From Eledone cirrhosa (Eukaryota), in contig OZ024760.1 in the NCBI GenBank assembly GCA_964016885.1, positions 5,456,001-5,520,000 of the forward strand: DNA of 64,000 bases, in the 5' to 3' direction. A program made the position numbers and the translations under genes. Position 1 is the first letter of the stretch; each line of letters starts with the position of its first letter. Of the stretch, positions 48,760 through 62,300 are shown one piece after another. The notes under the pieces are model-generated. The model did no database searches and was not told the origin of the DNA. It saw only the letters and a list, made by a program, of their open reading frames with translations.

Positions 48760-50975
48760 GCCATCATCATCACCACCACCACCACCACCATCACCACCAC
48801 CACCATCACCACCACCATCACCACCACCACCATCACTACCATCATCACCACCACCACCACCACCACCACCACCATCATCATCATCACCACCACCATTGCT
48901 AGCATCATCGTCATTTTTATAAATATATATTTATATATATCACCATCGTCATCACCACCACAATCATCATCGTCACCACCATCATAAACCATCACCACCA
49001 CCACTGTCATCATTGTCATCACCACCACCACCGTCATCACCACCACCACTGTCATCACCACCACCACTGTCATCATTGTCATCATCATCATCATTGTCAT
49101 CACCACCACCATTGTCATCACCACCACCATTGTCATCATCGTCATCATGGTCATCATTGTCATCATCATCACCACCACCACCATTGTCATCACCACCACC
49201 ACCACCACCACCACCACCATTGTCATCATCATCACCACCACCACCACCATTGTCATCACCACCACCACCACCATTGTCATCATCACCACCACCACCACCA
49301 TTGTCATCATCACCACCACCACCATTGTCATCACCACCACCACCACCACCACCATTGTCATCATCATCACCACCACCACCATTGTCATCACCACCACCAC
49401 CACCACCATTGTCATCATCACCACCACCACCACCACCATTGTCATCATCACCACCACCATTGTCATCATCACCACCACCACCACCATTGTCATCATCATC
49501 ACCACCACCACCATTGTCATCACCACCACCACCACCATTGTCATCATCACCACCACCACCACCACCATTGTCATCATCACCACCACCACCACCATTGTCA
49601 TCATCATCACCACCACCACCACCATTGTCATCACCACCACCACCACCACCACTGTCATCACCACCACCACCACCACCACCATTGTCATCATCACCACCAC
49701 CACCACCACCATTGTCATCATCACCACCACCACCACCATTGTCATCATCATCACCACCACCACCATTGTCATCACCACCACCACCACCACCACCATTGTC
49801 ATCACCACCACCACCACCACCACCATTGTCATCATCACCACCACCACCACCATTGTCATCATCATCACCACCACCACCATTGTCATCACCACCACCACCA
49901 CCACCACCATTGTCATCATCACCACCACCACCACCATTGTCATCATCACCACCACCACCACCATTGTCATCATCACCACCACCACCACCATTGTCATCAT
50001 CATCACCACCACCACCATTGTCATCATCATCATCACCACCACCACCACCATTGTCATCATCACCACCACCACCATCATTGTCATCACCACCACCACCACC
50101 ACCACTGTTATCACCACCACCACCACCACCACCACCACCATTGTCATCACCACCACCACCACCACCACTGTCATCACCACCACCACCACCACCACCATTG
50201 TCATCATCATCACCACCACCACCATTGTCATCATCATCACCACCACCACCATCATTGTCATCATCATCACCACCACCACCACCATTGTCATCATCACCAC
50301 CACCACCATCATTGTCATCACCACCACCACCACCACCACCATTGTCATCATCACCACCACCACCACCATTGTCATCATCACCACCACCACCACCATTGTC
50401 ATCATCACCACCACCACCAACATTGTCATCATCATCACCACCACCACCATTGTCATCATCATCATCACCACCACCACCACCATTGTCATCATCACCACCA
50501 CCACCATCATTGTCATCACCACCACCACCACCACCACTGTTATCACCACCACCACCACCACCACCACCACCATTGTCATCACCACCACCACCACCACCAC
50601 TGTCATCACCACCACCACCACCACCACCATTGTCATCATCATCACCACCACCACCATTGTCATCATCATCACCACCACCACCATCATTGTCATCATCATC
50701 ACCACCACCACCACCATTGTCATCATCACCACCACCACCATCATTGTCATCACCACCACCACCACCACTGTCATCACCACCACCATTGTCATCATCACCT
50801 TTGTCATCACCACCACCACCACCATTGTCATCATCATCACCACCACCACCACCATTGTCATCACCACCACCACCACCATTGTCATCATCACCACCACCAC
50901 CATCATTGTCATCACCACCACCACCACTGTCATCACCACCACCATTGTCATCATCATCATCATCATCATCATCCT
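48760..50975. repeat. ~2.2-kb (CAC)n-ATTGTCAT compound triplet array
   Basis: Seen directly; produces the 628-750 aa low-complexity ORFs in three frames. Confidence 0.97.
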
Positions 50976-51029
50976 GGCAAGTAAATGGCAGATCTGTGTG
51001 AGTGTAGGTAAATATACTTTACACTGTGT

Positions 51030-51620
51030 TTAAATTATCCCAAGGTCAACCTTGCCTCTCATCCTTTCAAGGTCGATTATATAGAATACCAGTTACGGCC
51101 CTTTACATTCTGAGTTCAAATCCCACCAAGGTTAGCTTTGCCTTTCATCCTTTTGGTGATAATATAGAATACCAGTAATGCACTGGAGGTTGATTTAATA
51201 GACTATCACCCTCCCCCCCCCTCCTCACTAAATTGCTGGTTTTGTGTCTAAGATGGACAATATGTTTTGTGACATATAGTTACGTCCCTTTACGATCTGA
51301 GTTCAAATCCCACCGAGGTTAGCTTTGCCTTTCATCCTTACAGGATCGATAAAATAAAGTACCAGTAATGTACTGGGGTCAATTTAATAGACTTTCACCC
51401 CCCCCCCCACTAAATTGCTGGTTCTGTGTCTAAATTGGACAATATGTTTGTTTTGTGGCTTATAGTTACAGCCTTTTACATTGAGTTCAAATCCCTCTGA
51501 GGTTAGCTTTGCCTTTCATCCTTATGGGGTCGATAGAATCAAGTACCAGTAAAGTATTGGGGAGAGGAGGGGGGGGGGGGCGATTTTCCTCAAAATTGTT
51601 GACATTGTGCCAAACATAGA
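51030..51620 (+). mobile_element. tandem run of 3-4 family-1 SINE bodies
   Basis: gagttcaaatccc at about 51112, 51299 and 51483 with shared downstream sequence. Confidence 0.8.
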
Positions 51621-51671
51621 TTGACAGCAGTATTGGTAGAGCACTGGACAATCTTCTTTTTATCATATAGT

Positions 51672-52380
51672 AATGTTGGCAGTGTATTTCAGGGGAGTTG
51701 GAAGTGTTGGCAGTGTATTTCAGAAGTGTTGGCAGTGTATTTCAGAAGTGTTGGCAGTGTATTTCAGAAGTGTTGGCAGTGTATTTCAGAAGTGTTGGCA
51801 GTGTATTTCAGGGGAGTTGGCAGTGTATTTCAGGGGACTTGGAAGTGTTGGCAGTGTATTTCAGAAGAGTTGGAAGTGTTGGCAGTGTGTTTCAGGGGAG
51901 TTGGAAGTGATGGCAGTGTATTTCAGGGGAGTTGGAAGTGATGGCAGTGTATTTCAGGGGAGTTGGAAGTGATGGCAGTGTATTTCAGGGGAGTTGGAAG
52001 TGATGGCAGTGTATTTCAGGGGAGTTGGAAGTGATGGCAGTGTATTTCAGAAGTGATGGCAGTGTATTTCAGGGGTGTTGGCAGTGTATTTCAGAAGAGT
52101 TGGAAATGTTGCCAGTGTATTTCAGGGGGGTTGGAAATGTTGGCAGTGTATTTCAGAAGAGTTGGAAGTGTTGGCAGTGTATTTCAGGGGAGTTGGAAGT
52201 GATGGCAGTGTATTTCAGGGGGGTTGGAAGTGTTGGCAGTGTATTTCAGAAGAGTTGGAAATGTTGGCAGTGTATTTCAGAAGAGTTGGAAATGTTGGCA
52301 GTGTATTTCAGGGGAGTTGGAAGTGTTGGCAGTGTATTTCAGAACAGTTGGAAATGTTGGCAGTGTATTTCAGGGGAGTT
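51672..52380 (+). repeat. 31/22-bp minisatellite inside a SINE
   Basis: Unit gttggaagtgttggcagtgtatttcagggga; SINE head upstream (gcagtattggtagagc, ~51627) and B-box/body downstream (gttcaaatcgcgccgagg, ~52390). Confidence 0.92.
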
Positions 52381-52944
52381 ACATTCTGTGTTCAAATCGC
52401 GCCGAGGTTAGAGGTTAGCTTTGCCATCTTTATGGGTGGGATCGATTAAATTATAGTACCTGTAAAGCACTTTGTTGGCCTTGTGCCTAAATCACACACC
52501 ATTATTATCTTCCCATTCTCCCCCTCCACCCACTACCACCACCTATAAATATGGTGGATTTTCTTAGTGTTTTTTTTTTTTTAATCCTGGGATTATATAG
52601 GGTCTGTAATGGCATCTCTCCATCTCCATCTCTCTCTCTGTCTTTCTCTTCCCCCACCGCATTCCATGTTGTGTCAAATACTTTCTCTATCTACCTATCT
52701 CTCTCTCTGCCCCACCCCAACCCATGTTGTGTCAAATAGCGGAAGCGATTGACTTGATTGACAGATAATAATTATCATCGTTGTTGTTGTTGTTGGAGAG
52801 GGATTTGGTTCCCCCCCCCCTCCCCAATCATGTTTGTAGAGGGGAGGGGGTTGTGAGTGTTTTAGGGAAATAGTTTTTGGTAGATTTATGTGATTATTAA
52901 ATAGCATCACCAGCTTCATCATCAGCAGCAACAAATGACAACAC

Positions 52945-53245
52945 TGTTACTATTATGACTACCACCACCACCACTACTACTACTACTACTTCTACTATCA
53001 CCACCACCACTACTACCAGCACTACAACCACCAGCCCCATTACCACCACCACTACCACTGCTGCTACTATTATTACTACCTCCACCACCGCTGCTGCTGC
53101 TGCTGCTACTACTACTACTACCACCACCACCACTGCTAGCCCCAATACTACCACTAATACCACAACCACCACTATTACTACTACTACAACCACCATCCCT
53201 ACTGCTACCACCACCACCACCACCACTACTACTACTACTACTACA
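52945..53245. repeat. (ACT/ACC/GCT)n microsatellite
   Basis: Seen directly. Confidence 0.9.
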
Positions 53246-53734
53246 TACCTTGCATATATGCGACAATAACAGAATTTTAAAGACCCCCCCCCCAAAAAAA
53301 AATCTGTTAAACTCTTAATTACCTCCCACCCACACCATACCCCCTCCCTCACCAATCCAACACAGATTTACATAAACACTTTAATTTAATCACTTCCGTA
53401 TTAGAGGAGAAACAATGTGGACCTTTATAAAGAAATATAAATGAAATAAATGAAATAAGCCCCTTCCTCCCTTTTCTGGGTTTAGTTGTAGATTTAAATA
53501 GTTAAATAGTTTGACCTAACAAAGAAGTGGTTTGATGAACGACGGTTTATTAGTTGCTTTCATTGTCCTCGGAGATTAATCGATTATACCATTTCATTAT
53601 ATATGTGTGTGTGTGTATTAATCTTACCTATATATATATATACACACACATATATACACATATATACACACAGACACAAGTAGGTGGGATTAATGTCTGG
53701 AATGACACTTTGATTTGACATTTTGCTCTCTCTC

Positions 53735-53784
<50 letters not shown>

Positions 53785-54370
53785 CCATCTCTCTCTTACT
53801 CTCTATATATCTATATCTATCTATCTTCTCTCATGTCACATTTTGTTTTGATTGGAAGATGAAATAACAAGTGTTTATATTGATAATGCATAGGTATTTT
53901 TCCTCTCTTTCTCGTGCTCTATCTATCTATCTCTCTCTCTCTCTCTCTCTCACTCACCTTCATGCTCTTTTACACTCACTGATCTGCTACAAGAGATTTC
54001 ATTATCCCCTGAGCAAACCGACCCAGACCGACCTACCGAGCAGTCTGTTTAAAACTGATCGTGAAAAGATAAGTTTCTCCTCTCGTTGTGAAAAGATAAG
54101 TTTCTCCTCTCGGCTCATCTCTTTATATTCCGACTGCTAAACACATATAGCCACATAAACACTGTAACATTAACAGGACATCTCGTTATCTCACCTGATC
54201 GTCTCAACAATGGGGGCTTCACTATCCAGCTACAGAGAAAAAGAGTCTATTCTGCGTCATAAACTAAAGACTTATCTTCTAAAGAGAATGACCGCCTTCC
54301 CTGTTGTGTCAACTCTCCCTGATATTGAACCAGGGATTGTGACCAGTGAGTATAATTTTGCACTAACCGT

Positions 54371-54700
54371 CTACCCATTTACCCGGCTATTCATCTATCA
54401 AGCTACCCATTTACCCGGCTATTCATCTATCAAGCTACCCATTTACCCGGCTATTCATCTATCAAGCTACCCATTTACCCGGCTATTCATCTATCAAGCT
54501 ACCCATTTACTTGGCTATTCATCTATCAAGCTACCCATTTACCCGGCTATTCATCTATCAAGCTACCCATTTACCTGGCTATTCATCTATCAAGCTACCC
54601 ATTTACCCAGCTATTCATCTATCAAGCTACCCATTTACCCGGCTATTCATCTATCAAACTACCCATTTACCCGGCTATTCATCTATCAAGCTACCCACCT
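54371..54700. repeat. 32-bp minisatellite, ~10 copies
   Basis: Unit ctacccatttacccggctattcatctatcaag. Confidence 0.95.
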
Positions 54701-55049
54701 ACCTAGCAACTTGGTGAACCATCTACCCAACTGACTATCTACACATCCACCCAGCCACATATCTACTCAGCTAACTGTCTACCCATCAACCAATTACACA
54801 TCTAACCATTTATTTGGCTACCCAGCTACCTGGCTACCCAACTACCCATCTAACCAGCCACCCATCTAACCATCTACTCAGGTACCTGGCTATCCATCTA
54901 ACCAGCCACCCACCCATCTACCTGGTTACCAATCTAACCATGCTACCCAGCCACCCATCTAACCAGTTTACTGATCTAATCATCTGTTCATCTTGCCACT
55001 GTTGTGGTTTTTCAACGTCCATTTGTTTTCAGCCATATCTCCCCCTCCC

Positions 55050-55511
55050 TCCCCTGAAATACGCTGCCAACACTTGTAACTCCCCTAAAATACACTGCCA
55101 ACATTTCCAACTCTCCTGAAATACACTGCCAACATTTCCAACTCTCCTGAAATACACTGCCAACATTTCCAACTCTCCTGAAATACACTGCCAACATTTC
55201 CAACTCTCCTGAAATACACTGCCAACATTTCCAATTCTCCTGAAATACACTGCCAACATTTCCAACTCCCCTGAAATACACTGCCAACATTTCCAACTCC
55301 TCTGAAATACACTGCCAACATTTCCAACTCTTCTGAAATACACTGCCAACACTTCCAACTCTTCTGAAATACACTGCCAACACTTCCAACTCCCCTGAAA
55401 CACACTGCCAACATTTCCAACTCCCGAAATACACTGCCAACACTTCGAGCTCCCCTGAAATACACTGCCAACACTTCCAACTCCCCTGAAATACACTGCC
55501 AACACTTCCAA
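55050..55511 (-). repeat. 31-bp minisatellite, same family as 51672-52380, inverted
   Basis: Unit ctgaaatacactgccaacatttccaactctc, ~15 copies. Confidence 0.95.
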
Positions 55512-55591
55512 TGTATGTTAAATTATTTTGAAAATAATCAGAAATTTATAGTAATTTAATCCTGTCATTGTAAATCTGGTGTTTCTAAAGC

Positions 55592-55850
55592 CATGTGGCC
55601 GAGTCGTCAGGGTGTTAGACGTACAAGGAAAAGGGTTGTTGGTTCGATTCCTGGGCAGGGCAACGCACAGGTAGACCTGCAGGTAGAATCAGTGATTGAA
55701 AGACCATTGGAGACATTGTTTCCTTGGTTCCGATTTGATGGTTGACTCCATTATTCCTTTCACCCCCAAATGATAAAATGTACATAATACATGTGGTGAA
55801 CTGCTTGGCATTAGGAAGGTCCCACAGCCTTAGAAATGGTGCCAAAATGG
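55592..55850 (+). mobile_element. tRNA-derived SINE (third family)
   Basis: A box tggccgagtcg, B box ggttcgattcc, tail ttggcattaggaagg. Confidence 0.55.
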
Positions 55851-55884
55851 AACATTTGACCTAGATGTGTCTGGCATCTGAACA

Positions 55885-56109
55885 TTAACCCTTTAGCATT
55901 TAAACTGGCTATATCCCTCCAGAATTCTCTCACCTTTTTCTGTTCATACTGACTGTAACTGGCCACTCATCCAGATTTAAGGTATTGTTCTCAAAATAAA
56001 TATCAAAATCTCGTAGATTTGATATTATGTGAGATAATTATGTAAGGTAAAGCCTTTACCATGAAAATATAATAGTAAATATAGAGTAATGTAAATGCTA
56101 AAGGGTTAA
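55885..56109 (-). mobile_element. piggyBac-type MITE (P1)
   Basis: TTAAccctttagcattta .. taaatgctaaagggTTAA, perfect TIRs. Confidence 0.9.
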
Positions 56110-56941
56110 CCCCCTGCTAGCGTGGGATATAGGCGTAAAATAGTGGTGATGGTGATGATGCTGATGGTGGTGTTGGGGGGATGGTGATGATGGTGGTGGA
56201 GATGGTGATGATGATTGTAGTGGTGGTGGTTGTGGGAATGGGGGTGGGGGTGAGGGTAATGATATTGAAAATAACGGAAATGTTTTATGAGAGAAAATAT
56301 GAAAAATAAAAACATTGAATACAATCACAACATTGCTACCCCCAACGATATGCCCCCCCCCCCTACGGATTGTGGTGGTGTGGGGGAGTTTCGCTGTGTT
56401 CAGGCATGTTGGAGCTGTTCTCTGGTGTTTGGGTGTGTGTGGGGAGGCATTCTCTGACACATGCTGCTTTGTGGTCCCAGCGAGAAAAATGTTTCCCCCA
56501 AAAGATGGTGTGGAGAGAGCCCTGCGCCAACTGGCAGGGCTCCCTCCTGTGGGGTGATGAAGGGGGTGGTCAAGGGTTCAGTTCCACTCCTTCGTTCTAC
56601 CCTACCTACCTGCTCCAGACATCAGACTAAGTCTCTGTCTGAGAGTCAAGATCATCATCATTTTTCTTCCATTTTTTTGTGTTTTTTTTTCCATGCTGGC
56701 ATGGGTTGGATGGGATGTTTCAGACCTAGTCAACAGTTCCTTAGAGTTACTGTCTTCCTAGACAGGTTGAAGGACCATGTTTCTCCAATATCTTCCATTG
56801 CTTCATTTTTACCATAGTTTCTATGTCTGGGTGCCCTTCATAATGCCAACCACTTTACAGAGTACACAGGATGCATTTTACTGTCGTACTAGCACTTGAA
56901 AAGGTGTAATGTCCGTGATGTTAACACATTGTCCCTTTTGT

Positions 56942-57157
56942 TTAACCCTTTAGCATTTACATTACTTTATATATACTATTGTATTTTCATGGTAAAGGCT
57001 TTATGTAACATAATATCGAATCTATGAGATTTTGATATTATTTATTTTGAGAACAATACCATAACATAATTATGAGTGACCGGTTACAGCCAGTTTGAAC
57101 AGAGAGAGGTCAGAGAATTCTAGCCGGATATGGCTGGTTTAAATGCTAAAGGGTTAA
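56942..57157 (+). mobile_element. piggyBac-type MITE (P1), reference unexpanded copy
   Basis: Perfect 14-bp TIRs ccctttagcattta with TTAA on both sides. Confidence 0.92.
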
Positions 57158-57564
57158 CAAAGGCCATTATTTGAGGGAACTTTGGCAGCTTGTTCTAGCA
57201 TATCAAGAGCTCCTATTATCTAGAGTTGTTGAAGTAGTTAGTAAGGATGGCTGTTATAACTTAAGTGCTGATAGTGTTAGTGTTGGTGTGTGCCTGTCTC
57301 CATTCTACAGTCCTCCTCCTATTTATAATCTCTGGGGTCCATATGTTTGGGTCTGTTGTGTAGGTGCTGCACATACACACATACACCTAGCATGGCCCTT
57401 ACAATACCATGGTATAATCAGCTTGTAATATGTAGTCAAATCTAATAATACTTACACAGAAACACTAAATCAGGCTGAAGTTATGTTATGTAGAGAAATA
57501 ACCTAAAATTTGTATGTTTATTTATTTATTTAATATTAAACGGTGATGATTGTTATATATATAT

Positions 57565-58118
57565 ATCATCATCATCACCGTTTTATGTCCATGCTAGCAT
57601 GGGTTAGACAGGTTGTCCTGTTGTGTGCAATGCCAGGTCAGGTGACCATGTCTTGTTCATACATAACTGATTTTGGCTTGGTTTCTACAGCTGGATGCCC
57701 TTCCTAACACCAACCTCATTTACAGTGAGTGCTGGGTGCTTTTTTACTGTGGCGCCTACACAACCACTTTACAGTGTGGACTGGGTGCTTTTTGTCGTGA
57801 CACCTCCACAACGACTTTACAGTGAGGACTGGGTGCTTTTTATCGTGACACCTCCACAACGACTTTACAGTGTGGACTGGGTGATTTTTGTCGTGACACC
57901 TCCATGACCACTTTACAGTGTGGACTGGGTGCTTTTTATCGTGACACCTCCACAACGACTTTACAGTGTGGACTGGGTGATTTTTGCTGTTGTGACACCT
58001 ACACAACCACTTTACAGTGTGGACTGGGTGATTTTTGTCGTGACACCTCCACGACCACTTTACAGTGGGAGGGGGTGGGGGCATACTGTCTATATGCTTC
58101 AGCTTCAGCTTGTACCTG
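57565..58118 (-). mobile_element. family R element with an internal 48-bp tandem expansion
   Basis: Homologous to 34049-34447; actttacagtgtggactgggtg..gtgacacctccacaacg repeated about 7-8 times versus 2-3 in other copies. Confidence 0.8.
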
Positions 58119-58431
58119 TATATATATATAACAATCATCACTGTTTAATGTCTATTATACACACACATATACATCATCATCATCATCATCACTGTTTAAT
58201 GTCTATTTTTCCATACTTGCATGGGTTAAACGGGCCGACCACGTCATGAGACAAGTCTGGCGAGCTGGCCATCCTCTACCTTGCTCAGATGGAACTGTAT
58301 TTTGGCTGGGATTTATATATATATCATCATCATCATCGTTTAACATCCATTACACCCACCCACACATGTATGTATATATATCATCATCACCGTTTAATGT
58401 CCATTACACACCCACGTATATATATATATAT

Positions 58432-58833
58432 AACGAAGGAAATGTAGTAAGGAACCAGATGGACCATAATGCATCAAAGTACTCAATACTTAGGGTAGTA
58501 GAGTGGGTAATAGGAACAAGTATGACCCCGACGGCAGAGCTCAAGCTGTTTCGACAGCTAATTCTGGACAGAGTCCAGAATTAGCCGTTGAAACGGCTTG
58601 AGCTCTGCCGTCGGGGTCATACTTGTTCCTATATATATATATATAACGGAGGAAATGTGGTAAGGAACCAGGTGGACCATAATGCACCAAAGTACTCAAT
58701 ACTTAGGGTAGTAGAGTGGGTAATAGGAACGAGTAGGACCCCAACAGCAGAGCTCAAGCCGTTTCGACGGCTAATTCTGTCCAGAATTAGCCGTCGAAAC
58801 GGCTTGAGCTTTGCCGTCGGGGTCATACTTGTT

Positions 58834-58838
<5 letters not shown>
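58432..58838 (-). mobile_element. two tandem family-B foldback elements separated by (TA)n
   Basis: Each has aacg.aggaaatgt.gtaaggaacc.. followed by a palindrome centred at ~58571 and ~58780. Confidence 0.75.
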
Positions 58839-58895
<57 letters not shown>

Positions 58896-59270
58896 CACAG
58901 ATATATATATATATATGCACACACACACAGATATATATATATACATACACACACACACTACCAGTTGACTATATCATTAGATCTGACTGTTGTCTTAAAT
59001 TATATTGACGTCACACTTGTCACTTGTTCTAGATTTTGTTTTTTAGTCTTATTATTCATCTTTCATCTTTCATAAACTTCATAAACAAGAAGACATGAAC
59101 ACATCCTTATCTTTTTCTCTCTATCTATCTATCTATCTACCTATCTATCTACTGATCTTCCCCACCATCACCACCACCTCTCTCTCTCTCTCTTCCCCTC
59201 TTTCTCACTCTCTCTCCCCCTCTTTCTCACTCTCTCTCCCCCTCTTTCTCACTCTCTCTCCCCCTCTTTC

Positions 59271-59309
<39 letters not shown>

Positions 59310-59559
59310 CCCTCTTTCTCACTCTCTCTCTCTCTCTCTCCCTCTCTCTTTCTCTCTCTCACTCTTTCTTTCTCTCTATCTCCCTCTTTCTCTCTCTCAC
59401 TCTTTCTTTCTCTCTATCTCCCTCTTTCTCTCTCTACACCCCCCTCTCTCTATAACTAACTGGCTTATTGATTCTACCCCAAAGCTTGTTATTTTACTAT
59501 TTTCTTAGCACCACATTCAAACGACCAGTGTCAAAAACAGCTTGTTGTCCTGGTTAAAA

Positions 59560-59638
59560 ACATATATGTATGTGTGTGTGTGTGTATATACATATTGTAT
59601 GTATGTGTGTGTATGTATATATGTATATATTATATATA

Positions 59639-59698
<60 letters not shown>

Positions 59699-60400
59699 CA
59701 GAGTATAAAAGTTTTAATATAGATGAGATTCTACAGGACTAGAACTGTTTCATTCTTTAGAAATCAATATATATATATATATATATAATGTGCGTGATTA
59801 TATGTATGTGTATATAATATTTATGTGTGGGTGTGTGTATATATGTGTATGTACATGTGTGTGTGGGTGTATATGTGCATGTATATATGTATGTGTTTAT
59901 GTATGTAGGTATAAATGTGTGTGTATATACGTGTATGTGTGGGTATATATGTGTAGGTGTATATATATATATGTGTGTGTGTGTGTCTACATGTGTGGGT
60001 GTGTATATATGTGTGTGGGTGTATATATATGTATGTGTTTATGTATGTAGGTATAAATGTGTGTGTATATACATGTATGTGTGGGTGTATGTATATGTGG
60101 GTATATATGTGTAGGTGTATATATATATATGTGTGTGTGTCTGTACATGTGTGGGTGTGTATACATGTGTGTGTATGTATGTGGGTGTGTATATATATGT
60201 GTATGTACATATGTGTGTGGGTGTATAAATATGTGCGTGTATATATGTAGGTGTTTATCTATGTATGTATGTATAAATGTGTGTGTATATACATGTATGT
60301 GTGGGTGTATGTGTATGTGGGTATATATGTGTAGGTGTATATATATATGTGTGTGGGTGTGGGTGTGTGTGTGTATACATATATATATATATATATGAGA
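59560..60400. repeat. (TA)n/(TG)n compound microsatellite
   Basis: Seen directly. Confidence 0.93.
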
Positions 60401-60942
60401 GAGAGAGATAGAGATGTGTCTCTAACAACACATATATCTATATGAAGGAAGATCTTAGTTTAAATAATGTTTATTTGTTCTAGTCTCAGAGACTGAAAGT
60501 GTACTGAGAGTTTACTTGCTGGTACAGCATCATCATCTTAAGTTAATGTCTCCCCCCCCCCCCCCCCCCTGGCAGCAACGATTGGATGGGTCTACATAAA
60601 TGAAGTCAGTACTGAAGCAGGGCTATTGACACACAAATATATATATGTGTACACAGATATATATATTTTATATATATGTAATATATATATGTGTGTGTGT
60701 GTGTGTGGTTGGTGTTAAGAAGGGCATCCAGCTGTAAAAAACTTCAGCCAAAATTCAGTTCTATTTGAGCAAGGTACGTCACGGCCAGCTGACCCAACTG
60801 GCTTCATAACTTGGACAAACCCGGCTAAATAGACATTAAATAGTGATGATGATATATATAATGTAATGTGTGCATTTATATATATATATATATATATATA
60901 TTTATTATATGTACAGATATTTAATAAATATTTGCTCTACAG

Positions 60943-61001
<59 letters not shown>

Positions 61002-61744
61002 GAAAAGTATAGAAATTGTTGTAGCGAGAAACTAACAGTATTCCATAATATAGGATTATATATATATATATAATAAGGATTATATATATATATATAATCC
61101 TTATCGAGCCCTCTTTGTAGTTTAGTCTTCACATTTATTATTACTGAGAAGCTAATAACACTATGTACCATTGACTCCTGCGTTTGTTTGTTTGTCATTT
61201 TGAACTATATATATATATATATTTATATATACACATGCGCACATACACAATTATGCATGTATATATGTGTGCTAAGTTTTTCTGGTGATTAATTCAACTT
61301 CCTGTTGTAATATACAGCACATCTCTTTGTCCTAGTGTTACATTGAATATGTTCACTTTTATTTGAGCCATATGCTTTTCATCATCATCATCATCATCAT
61401 ACTCAGTAGTAGTAGTAATGTTGTGTCTACTGAAGACTGGGTCTTTGGATTTACCCCTGCCACATTCATGCCCAGTAACATGCATCTGTTACCCCCCCCC
61501 CCCCTCTCCACATCCTTTTCTTCAGGGTTTTCTTTTAACAATTTTGATACCAACCCACTTGAAACAGTCCCTGGTTCTACGATATAAAACTGTTTTTAAG
61601 TGTTTATATTTATCTGTAAAATCCTTCCATCATAATTTTATGTAAGAACCTTTGTTTAGTTTTCTTCCAAACATCAACTTAATAATATGTATTAAATCTC
61701 TTCAAATTCATAATTTTTTTCAAAATTATTTGAAAACCATAGGC

Positions 61745-62300
61745 AAACCCAAATTGCCCAAATAATGTTCGCATCACATTTAACCCTTTAGCATTTGCAT
61801 TACTCTATATATACTATTGTATTTTCATGGTAATGGCTTTATCTCACATAATATCAAATCTATGAGATTTTGATATTATCTATTTTGAGAACAATACCTT
61901 GAACATAAGTATGAGCAGCTGGTTACAGCCAGTTTGAACAGAATTCTAGCCGGATATAGCTCGTTTAAATGCTAAAGGGTTAAAATCCACCCAAGTCTTG
62001 GTCCCCATGCTATCTGTCAACTACAAAATCAAACAAGCATATCATAGCAATGATATAACAGAACTACTTTGTGTCAACTGGCCCTCCGTCTTTAATATCA
62101 TACTGAAATACATTAAGACAGAAATAGATCCCATAAATTTAAACATTCCCTAGACAAATTCCTCCAAGAAATCCTGGATAAACCCCCTTATGCCCAGATA
62201 TGTCTCTGAAAACAACCCTTTACTGGAGTGGACCTGTAATCTGAAACACTTCAACATGTGGTGCTGTTAAGTTAGACATGGACTGGGCCAACACTGGCCA
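61745..62300 (+). mobile_element. CR1-group LINE 3' remnant interrupted by a P1 MITE (61780-61983)
   Basis: PNCPNNVRITF|MITE|KIHPSLGPHA..HSLDKFLQEILDKP..ENNPLLEW; MITE has TTAA flanks and ccctttagcatt TIRs. Confidence 0.7.

Noticed and set aside
48720-51033. 628-750 aa ORFs resembling extensin or mucin
   Set aside because: Open in several frames and on both strands only because CAC/CAT/GTC triplets lack stops; no domain or splice context.
51676-51690. TGGCAGTGT matching the miR-34/449 seed
   Set aside because: Part of a minisatellite unit; no pre-miRNA hairpin or full mature match.
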